Shown one piece after another: positions 30,245 through 40,722 of a stretch of 64,000 nt of DNA (the stretch's first letter is position 1; every line of letters begins with the position of its first letter). The stretch lies in IMG/VR virus record IMGVR_UViG_3300030693_000013; one strand, given 5' to 3'. The notes beneath the pieces are model-generated. The model was not told the DNA's origin and searched no databases. It was given only the letters and a program-made list of their open reading frames with translations. The translations under genes were made by a program, and so were the position numbers. Origin of the DNA: a virus.

Positions 30245-31100
30245 CGTGATCCTATCTTGTATTTAGCCTTGATCATATGGCAGTCGGGGCCGGCGAGTGT
30301 CGCTCCCACGCGACAAAACGGGCACTCCATCGTATCACCGTGCTCAACAGCCCAGTAGCGCTCGCAGTTTATGCAGCGCGTCATCGTGTCATCGAACCGC
30401 GCCTGCAGGTACCGCTTGGCGTCCTCTTCGTCATCGAACCCCATGGGTTCGCAGACGAGAGTGGCTTTCGGCTTCGGTAAGTGGTCGTCGTAGACGTCCT
30501 CCCAGAAGTCATCAGCGGTATAGACGTCCTCGGGTCGTTTGATAGCCATAGATCAAGTCCTGTGAAATGCGTTGGATGGCATAGGCTTCCTGCTCGCACG
30601 CTGGCTTGTCCTCACCCACGCACTTCTTCATGTAGCGCCAGACGTGGACGGCTTCGTGGATCAGCAGCCCCACGACGATCGAGGCGCCTTTCTTGTGAAT
30701 GTCGGGGGAGATTGCCACCAACGAGCAGTCATCGTGCCCGGGCCAGTTCTTCAGTCCCAGGTGCCGCGCGCTGGCGCACTTGAACTCGGGGTAGGCGATC
30801 GTGCCCTTCCCCTGCGTGATCGTCTTGACGGCGGCGCGCCACGCGGCTTCGTCGGGGACAAAGGCGTAGCTGTACGGGAACGCATGCCGATCGATGAACC
30901 AGATTGGCTTCATTTTACTGCCGCAGCAATTGGTTGATGGTGGACACGCGGTTCTGGGACAGCGTGTCCTTGGGGTGGCGCTCGAGGTGCGCCATGATGC
31001 CAGCCAGTTGCCGGTTGAGGCGCTTGGCCAGCGAGCTGTTGGCGCAGGTGTTGTTCACCTTGCCCTTGGTCTTGCGTGGTGGGTTCACTTTGTCGGTCAT
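30241..31100 (-). CDS. Three small hypothetical genes (30241-30549, 30512-30913, 30915-31100)
   Basis: Co-oriented, abutting ORFs; 30512-30913 carries an LLIHEAVH (HExxH) motif. Confidence 0.5.
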
Positions 31101-31406
31101 TTAGTGTCGTCCTTTGATCAGTAAGGCTACGGTGGCAATCATCATATCGCAACTCTCCTGACTGTCGACCACGAAGGTGATGCCGCCAGCCGTCTGTATC
31201 ATTTTCATGTTCCCCGCTTGCATCGGGGTCGGTTTTTTTCCGGGGGCTTTCGTCTCGATGCAGATGAACCAGCCGTCGATGCAGCACAGGAAGTCGAGCG
31301 ACGTCGCGCCGAACCCTGTCTGCACCGGCATGAACTTGTAGTGCTTGGGGAAGTGCGTGTTGAGCGCGATCTTCACCATCGCTTTGATCTTACCCTCGGG
31401 TGTCAC
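31101..31406 (-). CDS. VRR-NUC-like/Holliday junction resolvase nuclease
   Basis: MTPEGKIK...GATSLDFLCCIDGWFICIETKAPGKKPTPMQ (PD-(D/E)xK pattern). Confidence 0.8.
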   Translation of the reverse strand: MTPEGKIKAMVKIALNTHFPKHYKFMPVQTGFGATSLDFLCCIDGWFICIETKAPGKKPTPMQAGNMKMIQTAGGITFVVDSQESCDMMIATVALLIKGRH

Positions 31407-32626
31407 GGCAGGGCTTTCAGGAATGCCGCGTGGTCGGGGCGGTTGTATTGCCAGAAATTTTTATATTGCGGGTGCATCACAGAGAACACCCGGGCCAGAT
31501 CAGGCGCTCTCGCGTTGCTGATCTTGAACGTTGGCTCTGTCTGCCGGACGTCTGAATGATGCACCAACAACTCCACGATCGTTCGGGCGCTATAATGCGT
31601 CCACCCGGCATCGATAAGCTGTTGCGCATGGGCTTCGAAGGCAACGTAAACATGCCAGTTGTCTTTGCCATCCAGCCATTCGAGGAAGTCGTGTTTGAAG
31701 AACGGCTCGTATTTGAGCAGTTGCTGCGCCGCCGCTGGCGGGATCGGGATTTGTTGGTTACTCACATCCACCTCCGTCTCACATCCATTTCCCAAATCCT
31801 TCACTGCTCTTTTCTGAAACTGGGGCCGTTTTTTCCGCCGGCTCGAGCACTTCGGCCGACGCCGGCTCGTTCTTGTTCTTTACTGCCGCAGTACGCTTCG
31901 GCGCCTTCGGCAGGATCGCGAGGCACGAGATCACCGCCTCACCAGGGGTTAAGCCCCGGCCCTCCACATAGGTGTGCCCAGTCGATGGCGTAGCTCGGCA
32001 GGTCCAGTAGGTGGTCTTATGGTCGGCCGACGGGACGGGCCACAACGATAGGTGACATAGGCCCTTGCTCGCTGCGTCCGCCAGCATCTCCTCGATCATC
32101 GAACTTCTCCCTTAGCACATCTCGTGCGCGTTGCTGTGTGGTCTGGTAGTTGTAATAGACGATGCCGTCATACATGCTCGCGGGGTACAGCACTTGCCGC
32201 CATGTGTAGCCCACCCAGCGTCTCGGGTGATACCACGGCACCTTGAACCAGAGGCCGCGCGGATTGAACTGCCAGCTCATATCCTTGCTTTCCTGCCCTT
32301 GGCGACGTGACTGCGCGCTGCGTGCTTCTGGACGGTGGTACCCGGTAGCAGGTTGAGCGCAGCCGCTTGGCTTTGCCGCGTCGGGCAAGCCTGCTCAGTG
32401 AGGATATCGAGCGCCGCGCGCTCGGGCGTCGCATACTGCCAGCTCCCGTCGTAGTCGCCAGCGAACGCCATCCAGTCCCACACCCAGCGCCGGTTGTGGT
32501 AGCCCAGCCAGTGCCGCCAGTGCCAGCGCGGCGTGAACCGCCAGTCGCCATAGGCGATCATTTCGTTGGGAGTGTCACCGGGACCGACCGTAATTTTTTC
32601 GTACTCGTACATCGCACCTCCGTACA
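31403..32626 (-). CDS. Cluster of small hypothetical genes (31403-31804, 31779-32099, 32017-32280, 32277-32626)
   Basis: Co-oriented ORFs; two are very Trp-rich. Starts are uncertain. Confidence 0.4.
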
Positions 32627-32628
32627 TA

Positions 32629-33339
32629 CTAAGGTCCTTTTTTCCAGAACGGGCATTGTTCAACTCGGCAGTAACTTTTGCATAGGCGACCGGGTTTCGG
32701 AGGAAAATTGAGACTTCGCGTCGCAGCCTCAAGCGCATGAACCTTAGGGAGTAGCGTAAGCCACTTGTTGGCCACCTCCTGCCGGGTAAATAGCTCGGGC
32801 GTTTCGCAGCCGTCTTTGAGCCAGACAAACGAAGACCTAACATGGGTCAGCTCCGGGAAGTGAGAGAAGAGACATTGCGCCATCAGCATCAGCTGCACGC
32901 TGTCCTCTAATACCTTGCCAGTTTTCCAGTCGACGACTAGTCCGACATTCTTATCAATCCGAACCACATCGCCAATGCCGCGATACCACACATCGTTAGC
33001 AAAATAAGTAGTTGGGCGGAAGTCGCGTGTGATCGCGTACTTCTGCTCCACGAATAGACGGCCAGTGCCACGGTCGATGCGATCCGCCCAGTATTCATAG
33101 TTCTGCATGGTCGGCGGCAACGGCACCTTCTGCGATAGCCGTTTCGCCAGCGTCTCGTGAACGAGATTGCCCCACTCCAGCGCTTCACCGCCCGCGTCCT
33201 TGACGGACTTCGCAATGTCCGTCTCGTACATGCGTTTCGGGCACTCGGCGTAATTCTTCAGCTTGGAATAGCTCCAGCTCCACTCCTTGCCGGGCTTGAC
33301 GCCGGCTATCGCGGGGGCGTGATGCGTATCAAGTTTCAT
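32629..33339 (-). CDS. PD-(D/E)xK exonuclease, Cas4/RecB-like
   Basis: WSYSKLKNYAECPKR, VDWKTGK, C-terminal LCKSYCRVEQCPF four-Cys motif. Confidence 0.85.
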   Translation of the reverse strand: MKLDTHHAPAIAGVKPGKEWSWSYSKLKNYAECPKRMYETDIAKSVKDAGGEALEWGNLVHETLAKRLSQKVPLPPTMQNYEYWADRIDRGTGRLFVEQKYAITRDFRPTTYFANDVWYRGIGDVVRIDKNVGLVVDWKTGKVLEDSVQLMLMAQCLFSHFPELTHVRSSFVWLKDGCETPELFTRQEVANKWLTLLPKVHALEAATRSLNFPPKPGRLCKSYCRVEQCPFWKKGP

Positions 33340-33665
33340 GTCGGGTCGCCTTTTGACCAGTCGTATACATACGCGTTAATTACGTGGGTTTTTTTCGGCA
33401 GTGCCGTCACCCCGTGGACGGCAGCCACTGCCAGTATCACTTTAAGTCGCTCGGCGTCAGTCGGCGCCGCGCCACCGATCATCGTGAACAACATCTCGCC
33501 GCCACACCACACCTGTTGGTTGCAGCCACTGATCCGGTTGAGCACAGGCCTGATATTGATCAACCCGGCCTCGTGGTAGAGTTTAAGGAAGTCTTTGGCG
33601 AAATGGCGCGCGGCGATCTCTTGGCCGCGCGCCATCTCAGCTTGTCGTTTCTCTTCGTGCGTCAC
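33336..33665 (-). CDS. Hypothetical protein
   Basis: GTG start, ATGA overlap. Confidence 0.45.
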   Translation of the reverse strand: MTHEEKRQAEMARGQEIAARHFAKDFLKLYHEAGLINIRPVLNRISGCNQQVWCGGEMLFTMIGGAAPTDAERLKVILAVAAVHGVTALPKKTHVINAYVYDWSKGDPT

Positions 33666-33708
33666 GTCGGCACCTCAAACCAGGGAAGGCTACTGCCGCA
33701 GTAAAAAC

Positions 33709-34224
33709 CTAGCGCGAACCGCGGCCCATCTTGAGCGCCAGCTCGTCCTCCAGCTCCTGCTGAAGCAACGCCCCGGCTCGCCAGAACAGCGCGGCACTGT
33801 GCCGAACTTTCTCGGGCTTGCCGTTGACGACGATCGTGTCGAACCCGCCGCGCTGCATCAAGTGGCGTGCGATGCAGTCAGCGTGATCATTGGACTTGCC
33901 CCGGCTCCAGTGTAGCGGCTCACCCGGGTTGTGCTTCTCGTTTCCGAGAAACGAGACGCGAGCAGCCTCAACCATGGCGTCAGGGAAATAGTCCATGAAC
34001 CCGGTCGTGACCGGATACTGCTTGCGCTGGTCGCTGGTCGCCATATCGAGCAGCGATTGCGGCCGCGGCGGCTCCGGGAACGGCTCCGGTATCGTCCGGT
34101 CGGAACCTATGTCGGTCCGCAGGGCGGCCCAAGCGTCGGCGCCGGCTTTTTTATCTGCGCGCGCTTGCGCACGCGCGTTTCTGGGAGTTTTCTTAAGCAA
34201 GTGCGTTCTCCCCAGCCTTGGCAC
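33709..34224 (-). CDS. dATP/dGTP diphosphohydrolase domain protein (DUF5664-like)
   Basis: YFPDAMVEAARVSFLGNEKHNPGEPLHWSRGKSNDHADCIARHL motif. Confidence 0.75.
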   Translation of the reverse strand: MPRLGRTHLLKKTPRNARAQARADKKAGADAWAALRTDIGSDRTIPEPFPEPPRPQSLLDMATSDQRKQYPVTTGFMDYFPDAMVEAARVSFLGNEKHNPGEPLHWSRGKSNDHADCIARHLMQRGGFDTIVVNGKPEKVRHSAALFWRAGALLQQELEDELALKMGRGSR

Positions 34225-34675
34225 GTTCAGCGAACTCCACCTGCTGTTGGGCGAAGTGCTTCGCAGCCTGCTCCATGATCACGCACAGCGGCTCGGAGAG
34301 ATACACGATCTCCACGCCCTCGCTCTGCAGGGCCACGGCGAGGCGCTGCTCGGCCTGTGCACCGTTCGATTTCTCCCAGCCCGGGAGCATCATCACAGTG
34401 TCGGCCTGTTTGCAGATGAACTCGCAGTCCTCGGCGAGTGCTTGGCGAAGCGAGAAGCCTTCGTTGGCGGCTTGTTTCTCATCGCCGGTGGGGTTGCCGG
34501 CGGATAGATCGTTGCCCAGCCGTTCAATGTCTTTTTCGGCGGGGTTGAAAACAGTGTGGCCGTCTTTGCGCAAGAGGGAAGTGACGGCATGGAATCGGGG
34601 GAAGTTGAAATGTGGGATGCCCCGCATGGGTCCCGCAAGATAGATGCTTTTTGGCTTATCGTCTAAACCGCTCAT
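34193..34675 (-). CDS. DUF4406 family (nucleoside deoxyribosyltransferase-like fold)
   Basis: IYLAGPMRGIPHFNFPRF...VFNPAE...MLPGWEKSNGAQAE. Confidence 0.85.
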   Translation of the reverse strand: MSGLDDKPKSIYLAGPMRGIPHFNFPRFHAVTSLLRKDGHTVFNPAEKDIERLGNDLSAGNPTGDEKQAANEGFSLRQALAEDCEFICKQADTVMMLPGWEKSNGAQAEQRLAVALQSEGVEIVYLSEPLCVIMEQAAKHFAQQQVEFAERAKAGENALA

Positions 34676-36639
34676 TTGGCAGCTCCATATGATGAACCTT
34701 CACCCAACTCAGCATCAAGCGGAATATCGGGTCCCCACGTAGGTGGGCGTTTCATCTCTTCTAAGATAATCTTCTTAGCTAAGTCAACACCCGTTTTCTT
34801 CACGATGAACACAAGTTCGTCATGCGCCTGCAATCGGAAGCGGTAGTCCTCGGGGTTCGCCGTGCTAAGTCCGCGCGCGCGGATGCGGAGCGCCGCGTTC
34901 ATGACCACGATGCGGGCCAGCGCCTGCACGATGTTCTCCAGCAGCTTGGCCCCGTACAGCCGATGCCACGTCTTGCCGTAGCGGTAGCGATACTCGGTGC
35001 GGTTGGTTTCGGGATCGAAGCGCTGGCCCGGGTCGGCATATAATAAAGAGAGGCCGCTCGGCAGGACCACCTCGCCGTACTTTATAATGCACGGCCCGAA
35101 CTTCACCTGCCCGCCGCTCGGCGTCAGCCAGAACGCGCCGATGTGCCCATTGAGGATATTCCACGCGCGCGGCATCTGGTGGTAACGGCGGCGATACGTG
35201 GTCACGGCCTTGTCGCCCAGTGCGCGGTTGTAAATCTTGGAAATGTCCAGCCCGTCTTTGCGCGCGGACATGATCACCATGCCGTCGAACTTGTCCTTGC
35301 CGGCGCCATAGCCCAGCCCAAGGATGCCTGTCTTGCCTATGAACCCCTCAATCGGGAAGATCAGCTCGCCGTTGGGGTGTTTCAGCTTCCTGTTCACGGG
35401 ATAGCCGAAGATGTCGGTAGCCAGTTGCGAGTATGGGTCCTTCTTGTCGCGGAACTCTTGCACAAGGGTCGTACAGCCACTGATCCATGCCGCGATGCGG
35501 GCTTCGATCTGCGACAAGTCGCATGTCACCACAGTCTCGTCATCACAGACGACGAGGCTCTGTCGTAATTTGCTTTTACCTTTTGATCCGCGGACGGTCG
35601 GCATGTTCTGGGGGTTCATTTTCCACTCCCCAGAGAGCCTATGAGTGTGCGCCCCGCCATATCGCAGAGGGATCGGCATGAAGCTGGCGCCTGTCCAGTC
35701 GAGGCGCGAGGCTCCCCAGTTGCACCCTGCAACGCTTATGAACTTCATGGTGCGGGTTTCTTCCAGCGTGGACTTCAGGCCCAGCCTAGCTGTCGCCAGT
35801 GCCGAGACATACGGGTCCACGTCTGCTTGCAGTTTCTCCATGAACTCGTCGGTCTTGGCGAATGCCGGGACCAGGGCGCCTGTCGGGGATATCTTCTCTT
35901 CGACGTCAACGCCACATCGCTCTAGCTCGTCACGAAAGCGATCGGTGCTCATGAGCAGCTTGGGATCGATATTGTTGGCATCGCGGAGCAGTTGCGCCTT
36001 GGCGTCCTGCACGTCGACCAGATGCGCGTTCAGCATCTTGGTGTCGCACAGGAAGCGGGGCTCTACTGCGCACCTCAGCGTCATGTCCATCAGCCGGCGC
36101 TCGGCGGGCGGGAAGCCGGGATAGAGGATTTTCAGCGCGGCTTCGCAAATCTCGTTGTCGCGGATCGCGTAATCTTCGAAGTCTTTCATCAGGCCGCGGC
36201 CTATGATCTCGTCCCGCCGCATGCCCATCACATTGGCGAGGGCAGTGCCCTTGGCCGGCAGATTGAAATGGTCGGCGATGGCTTTGAGCGACACACCGTG
36301 TTTCAGCTCGTGGCCTATGAGCGCGCGGGCCATGCCCATCACGTCCAGCATCAAATCTGGCACCCAGCCGTAGCGATAGCTCAGGATCGAGTTATCGAAC
36401 AAGCTGTTGAAACTTACTGTCGTAGTAATTTTGGGATCAAGCGAGGCGAGGAATGCCGGGAAGTCCGGCCCCTGCACAATCCGGTGCAGGGGCTCGTTGT
36501 TCAGTCTGACCGCGGCAATCTGTAACTCAAACCTCTGGTCTAAGATGTAGTTGGGGGTGGGCATCTTACGCAACGAGTAATCTTTGTCGTAATAGGTCTC
36601 AAGATCAAAGATCAGGAAGTTGCGCTTCGTTGGGGACAT
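34672..36639 (-). CDS. Family A DNA polymerase with 3'-5' exonuclease
   Basis: Exo DLET; motif A CDLSQIEAR, motif B KTGILGLGYG, motif C QAHDELVF. Confidence 0.92.
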   Translation of the reverse strand: MSPTKRNFLIFDLETYYDKDYSLRKMPTPNYILDQRFELQIAAVRLNNEPLHRIVQGPDFPAFLASLDPKITTTVSFNSLFDNSILSYRYGWVPDLMLDVMGMARALIGHELKHGVSLKAIADHFNLPAKGTALANVMGMRRDEIIGRGLMKDFEDYAIRDNEICEAALKILYPGFPPAERRLMDMTLRCAVEPRFLCDTKMLNAHLVDVQDAKAQLLRDANNIDPKLLMSTDRFRDELERCGVDVEEKISPTGALVPAFAKTDEFMEKLQADVDPYVSALATARLGLKSTLEETRTMKFISVAGCNWGASRLDWTGASFMPIPLRYGGAHTHRLSGEWKMNPQNMPTVRGSKGKSKLRQSLVVCDDETVVTCDLSQIEARIAAWISGCTTLVQEFRDKKDPYSQLATDIFGYPVNRKLKHPNGELIFPIEGFIGKTGILGLGYGAGKDKFDGMVIMSARKDGLDISKIYNRALGDKAVTTYRRRYHQMPRAWNILNGHIGAFWLTPSGGQVKFGPCIIKYGEVVLPSGLSLLYADPGQRFDPETNRTEYRYRYGKTWHRLYGAKLLENIVQALARIVVMNAALRIRARGLSTANPEDYRFRLQAHDELVFIVKKTGVDLAKKIILEEMKRPPTWGPDIPLDAELGEGSSYGAAK

Positions 36640-36647
36640 GCGGGTGC

Positions 36648-37361
36648 CTACAGGTAATAAGTTCGCTGTTCAGTCTGCCATCTCTGACCATCGACATTAG
36701 CGCTCACTGCTTGAAACGTCAACCACAAATGGTCGCGTGAGGGGGATCGATGGTCTGTCGGCAAGAACCGTGCAGCAGCGATCGTTGCCAGTGTCCGGCG
36801 GATCATGGGCGTCACCTCGGCAATGCCGGGCGGGGTATGGAAACGCGAGGGGGTGTCCTGCAGATCGGCCAGTGCCGGCGCGTTGCTACATAGCTCCAGT
36901 ATCGGCGGCCAGTAGTAACGGATCGCGCCGGGCGTGGCGTTCTTGTTCAGCCACCTAAGCAGATATTTGCACTCTTCGAACTGCTGGTGGATGCCGCTCA
37001 TCACTTCTATGTGAAGTAGCAGTGCTTCACTGCCCTCTTGCAGGAACAAAGCAGTGGGCTGGATCGCTGGCCAGTTGCAGGGATCGCGGTAGTTAACGAC
37101 GAAGTTCGAGCCCGCAGCGATCGGATACGCGATCACATCCGATGCCGCACTAACTAAATGGAATGCCGCCGCTGCACGCTCCAGCACATTGGGGGGGAAC
37201 AGCAGCTTCACAGTGTCCTCGCGGGATTTCTCCCATGGCGCCATGGCGCTCATGTAGCGGGCGCACAGGATGTTAAGATTGTTGAGGCCCGCTTGCATGT
37301 GGACGTCGCCCAATGACGAGCGTTCTTCGCGGCCACCTAGCCGTTTGCGAGTGTATGACAT
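36648..37361 (-). CDS. Hypothetical protein
   Basis: GGAGG RBS before MSYTRKR. Confidence 0.55.
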   Translation of the reverse strand: MSYTRKRLGGREERSSLGDVHMQAGLNNLNILCARYMSAMAPWEKSREDTVKLLFPPNVLERAAAAFHLVSAASDVIAYPIAAGSNFVVNYRDPCNWPAIQPTALFLQEGSEALLLHIEVMSGIHQQFEECKYLLRWLNKNATPGAIRYYWPPILELCSNAPALADLQDTPSRFHTPPGIAEVTPMIRRTLATIAAARFLPTDHRSPSRDHLWLTFQAVSANVDGQRWQTEQRTYYL

Positions 37362-37399
37362 ATCTCGTTCCTCCATTCGTGAGATTTGACTTTTGCTCC

Positions 37400-37455
37400 G
37401 TGAGTTGTTATCCCGCAAGCGCGTGCACGGGCAGCGATGCGGGATAACAACTCAC
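37400..37455. repeat. Perfect 18-bp inverted repeat
   Basis: GTGAGTTGTTATCCCGCA-N20-TGCGGGATAACAACTCAC, intergenic. Confidence 0.9.
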
Positions 37456-37474
37456 ATTTTTACTGCGGCGGTAA

Positions 37475-38782
37475 TCATCGCTTCGGGTGGATACGAACGA
37501 CGTCGCCGTAGGGGTACTTGACGTCCGTGGTGCTGGCCCAGATTGTCAGATAATCGGGCTCGTTTTTCGGGAAGCTGACGTAGCCGTCCGTGAACCCAAT
37601 GAACACCTCAGGCCGTTCTTGGTGGGTATCGATCCAGTCCATCACCGGCGTGACGCTGGTACCGCCGCCACCGCCTGCACCGTCTTTGTCCAGCGATGCC
37701 TTCATAGCGGCCATGTCGGAGGCTTCAGCCAGCTCGTCGACACGGTGGATCGCCGCGTCACACCAGCAGATGCTCAACCGTTTCGGGCAGCAGTCATCCA
37801 CGATCGCGCCCAGCTCGGCGAGATACTTGGACAACTCCAGCTGGCTGATTGAGCCAGAGGTATCGCACCAGACGACCACCCAGCCGGCGCCATTGCCGGA
37901 CTTGGACGGCAGCGCGATATCCTGCCAGATGTAACGGCGATCGGGCTTGCGCCAGTTGTAGCTGCCGCTACCGACCTTGCGGTTGAAGATGCCGCGGATG
38001 TGATCGGTCCAAGGCACTTCAGGTTCAAGGATATCCTTGAACATGCGCTTCAGCGCCCCGGCCATGTTACCTTGCGCCTTCATGTTCTCCAGCGTCTGTG
38101 CGGCCGCCATTTCGACGCCCCACTGCTGGGAATTGCGCTGGTGCTGCTTACCGTTGGACTTCCCAGGCTTCAGCAGCTTATCGAACGGCTGGTGCTTACC
38201 CGTCTTGCTGCCGCCGCTCTCTTCGTCCTCATAGACACGCTTGTAGACTTCGCAGATGCCGTCGCTGGCTTTGGCGATGGTGTCATCGCACAGCACATTC
38301 GGCGGCATGCTGCCGATCTTGCTGTCGCGCAGCAGCGGGTTGATCCGGAAGTCCATCGCCTTCTGCATTGTTTCCTCGCGGAACGGCAGTGATCCACCGC
38401 CGTCCATCGGGACTACGCCACGCTGGGCGCATACCCGTAGGAACTCCACGTCGCCATACACATTGTGCATCACTTCGTGACCGATAATGAACACGCGCTC
38501 TTTCAGATTGTACTTGCTGAAGAACGGATCGGGATTGATCAGGATGTTCTGCGCGTCGGTCGCTGCTGTCGGCACGTCTCGCGTCGGCACGATGCCGTAC
38601 TTGCCGTCATTGTTGATCAGCAGCTTGTAGAACAGATGGCGGAAGCCGGGCGCTGTCCAGCTCATGAGGCTCATAGTCTCGCCCCATGCAGCTTCCTGCG
38701 CGGGAGTGAGCACACAAGGCTCGGGCATCTTGTCTTCCACTTCCTGATCAGGCGGTGGCGGGGCGATTTTGGTCTTGGCCAT
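37475..38782 (-). CDS. Metallopeptidase-like (HExxH) + vWA domain protein (DUF2201-like)
   Basis: TAATD...IIGHEVMH...DFRIN; vWA MIDAS-like CDTSGS, GGGGGTS, FTDGY. Confidence 0.85.
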   Translation of the reverse strand: MAKTKIAPPPPDQEVEDKMPEPCVLTPAQEAAWGETMSLMSWTAPGFRHLFYKLLINNDGKYGIVPTRDVPTAATDAQNILINPDPFFSKYNLKERVFIIGHEVMHNVYGDVEFLRVCAQRGVVPMDGGGSLPFREETMQKAMDFRINPLLRDSKIGSMPPNVLCDDTIAKASDGICEVYKRVYEDEESGGSKTGKHQPFDKLLKPGKSNGKQHQRNSQQWGVEMAAAQTLENMKAQGNMAGALKRMFKDILEPEVPWTDHIRGIFNRKVGSGSYNWRKPDRRYIWQDIALPSKSGNGAGWVVVWCDTSGSISQLELSKYLAELGAIVDDCCPKRLSICWCDAAIHRVDELAEASDMAAMKASLDKDGAGGGGGTSVTPVMDWIDTHQERPEVFIGFTDGYVSFPKNEPDYLTIWASTTDVKYPYGDVVRIHPKR

Positions 38783-39484
38783 TATCTGTCCTCATCGTTC
38801 AGGGTTTCACTAATGAGACGAATTTTGCTGTACGCATTCTTCGCCTCCATGATGCACTTCCAGATATCCTCCTCAAGTGCTTCTTGGTCGAACCGCGACA
38901 ACCGTTCGATCAGGAAGCGCTCGGCGAACGAACGGAACCGGGTGTCAGGGCTGCGTCGGGCAGTGGCTTGTCCCGCGGCCGGCATTACCGCCTGAGCCAT
39001 GCCAGACGCATTGTTCTGCTGCGAACCCTGAACCATGGTCGCAAGCTGTCCCACCCGCTGCTGGCTCGAGACTGTATCGTAGCCTTTGCGATACGCGCGG
39101 TTCAGCGCCGGATCACAGTTCTGCAGATAGCTTGGCGGGATGCCTTGTCGGGCATGCTGCGCCCCCTCGGCGTAGGCGCGCCGCTCGTCGGGGTTGCTAT
39201 AGGCCATTTTTCAGCGCCTCCATCATCTCGCTGCTGATCGGCTGAATTTCGTCGTCCTCAACCAGCCCGTTGATATCCTTCAGGTCCATCAGCATGATGT
39301 TCCTGTGGGCATAATGATTAGTCTCGCTGTTCATGTCCACCTTGGTTGAGCCCTTGATATCAGTGAGCAGCTCGGCAGTTGCGACCAGCTGCTGGCACGC
39401 TTTTAAGAATGTCTTTTCGAACTCTGGCGCCTTGCCGCTGTCAGTGAAGTTGACCCGCAAGCGCAAATTGAACTCTGTCTGCAT
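38782..39484 (-). CDS. Two hypothetical genes (38782-39207, 39197-39484)
   Basis: Lie between the AAA+ and vWA genes; both have RBSs. Confidence 0.5.
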
Positions 39485-39524
39485 TTTCTCCTCCGTTGGT
39501 TACTGTGGCAGTAAGAATTGACCA

Positions 39525-39544
39525 CGGCGGCCCGAAGGCCGCCG
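39525..39544 (-). terminator. GC-rich C(UUCG)G hairpin after the AAA+ gene
   Basis: Minus strand CGGCGGCC-TTCG-GGCCGCCG just after the stop; weak U tail. Confidence 0.5.
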
Positions 39545-39555
39545 GACGTCAATGC

Positions 39556-40722
39556 TTATTGCGACAACGCGCTCAATACCGTGACGAGCGTTGCGTTCTT
39601 CGCGATCCAAGCCTGCATCGCCGGGTGGTTGACGATGCCCTTGTAGTCGCGTCGGAGCAGGGCCGAAATGAACGTGATGCTCATATCCTTGGGCATTTTC
39701 GTTCCCTGCGCGTCTGGCGTCGTCATGTACTCGATGACTTGCGCCAGATGCTCGGACTTTGCATACGATGCCAGTTGGTAGGCCATCAGCATTTGCATGT
39801 CCGCCTTGGTCGGACGAGGCGTGCCCTTGGGATCAGCGACAACATCCTCATACGCTGGCAGCTGAAGCATGAACTCCAGATGCGCTAACAGGCTCTGTGC
39901 GGCCGGCTGACCGATCGTGCCTGCGATTGCCGTGATGGTGTTCGCGTCCACCTCGGTATTGCCCTGATCCTCCCACTTCACTTGCAGGTATCGATCTACG
40001 GCACACAGCTGCCGCGGGTTGCACCACGGTCCCTGCTCCTTGGGCTCGCCCTCGAACAGGATATCCGGGTGGTTCTTGGCCCAGGCTTTGATCACCGGGG
40101 TAGTCTGCCATTTGCGCCCTTGGTGAACGTATGGCTTGTCGGCGAATGCCAGCCACAACTCGGCGTCTGGGTCGATGTGGATCGCAGTACGGCGTGCGAT
40201 ACAGAAGTCAAAGTCTTTGGTCACGCCATATCGTGGCCCAACATTCGTAGCGCCAACACGAACTGAGCCGGGTGGAAGATACCACGGCGCAGTGCCGCCA
40301 TTGAGCAGGATTTCAGCGGCTGACCGCTTGGTGTCCGGCTCGCCCTGACCGTACTCGTCAAGGATCAGGAAGCAGCGATCGAACATGAACGCGGGCTGCG
40401 GCGGTCCGCCCAGTCCGTCCGTCATCATGTACCAGAGCGGGCAGCTCGGGTCGGTGACAGTGATGGTGCGCTCAACACCGTCGATCATGTATTTGCGCTC
40501 GCCCTTGAACAGAACGCCCACCATGTCCATCGGCGTTTGGGTCGCCAAGAACACTGTGCTGACGCCCCAACGAACTCCGGTCTTGAGGCCCTCGTCGCGG
40601 AGCTGCTCGAATACTGAATAGAGCATCTGGCTCTTGCCAAAGCCCGACTGGCTGTCCACTAGAACAGCGTTGCCGGCTTTCGCCATTGCCATGATCTCTG
40701 CTCGTGCCTGCATAAGGTTCAT
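39556..40722 (-). CDS. MoxR/CobS-like AAA+ ATPase
   Basis: Walker A SQSGFGKS, Walker B LILDE, GATN, CIARR, WCNPRQ; GAGGAG RBS. Confidence 0.8.
   Translation of the reverse strand: MNLMQARAEIMAMAKAGNAVLVDSQSGFGKSQMLYSVFEQLRDEGLKTGVRWGVSTVFLATQTPMDMVGVLFKGERKYMIDGVERTITVTDPSCPLWYMMTDGLGGPPQPAFMFDRCFLILDEYGQGEPDTKRSAAEILLNGGTAPWYLPPGSVRVGATNVGPRYGVTKDFDFCIARRTAIHIDPDAELWLAFADKPYVHQGRKWQTTPVIKAWAKNHPDILFEGEPKEQGPWCNPRQLCAVDRYLQVKWEDQGNTEVDANTITAIAGTIGQPAAQSLLAHLEFMLQLPAYEDVVADPKGTPRPTKADMQMLMAYQLASYAKSEHLAQVIEYMTTPDAQGTKMPKDMSITFISALLRRDYKGIVNHPAMQAWIAKNATLVTVLSALSQ

Noticed and set aside
32629-33339. Cas4-like nuclease as a sign of CRISPR
   Set aside because: No repeat-spacer array or other cas genes; stand-alone Cas4-like exonucleases are common in phage replication modules.
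33709-36639. Calling this a Z-genome (2-aminoadenine) phage
   Set aside because: No PurZ or adenylosuccinate synthetase homologue is visible in the window; kept only as an open question.
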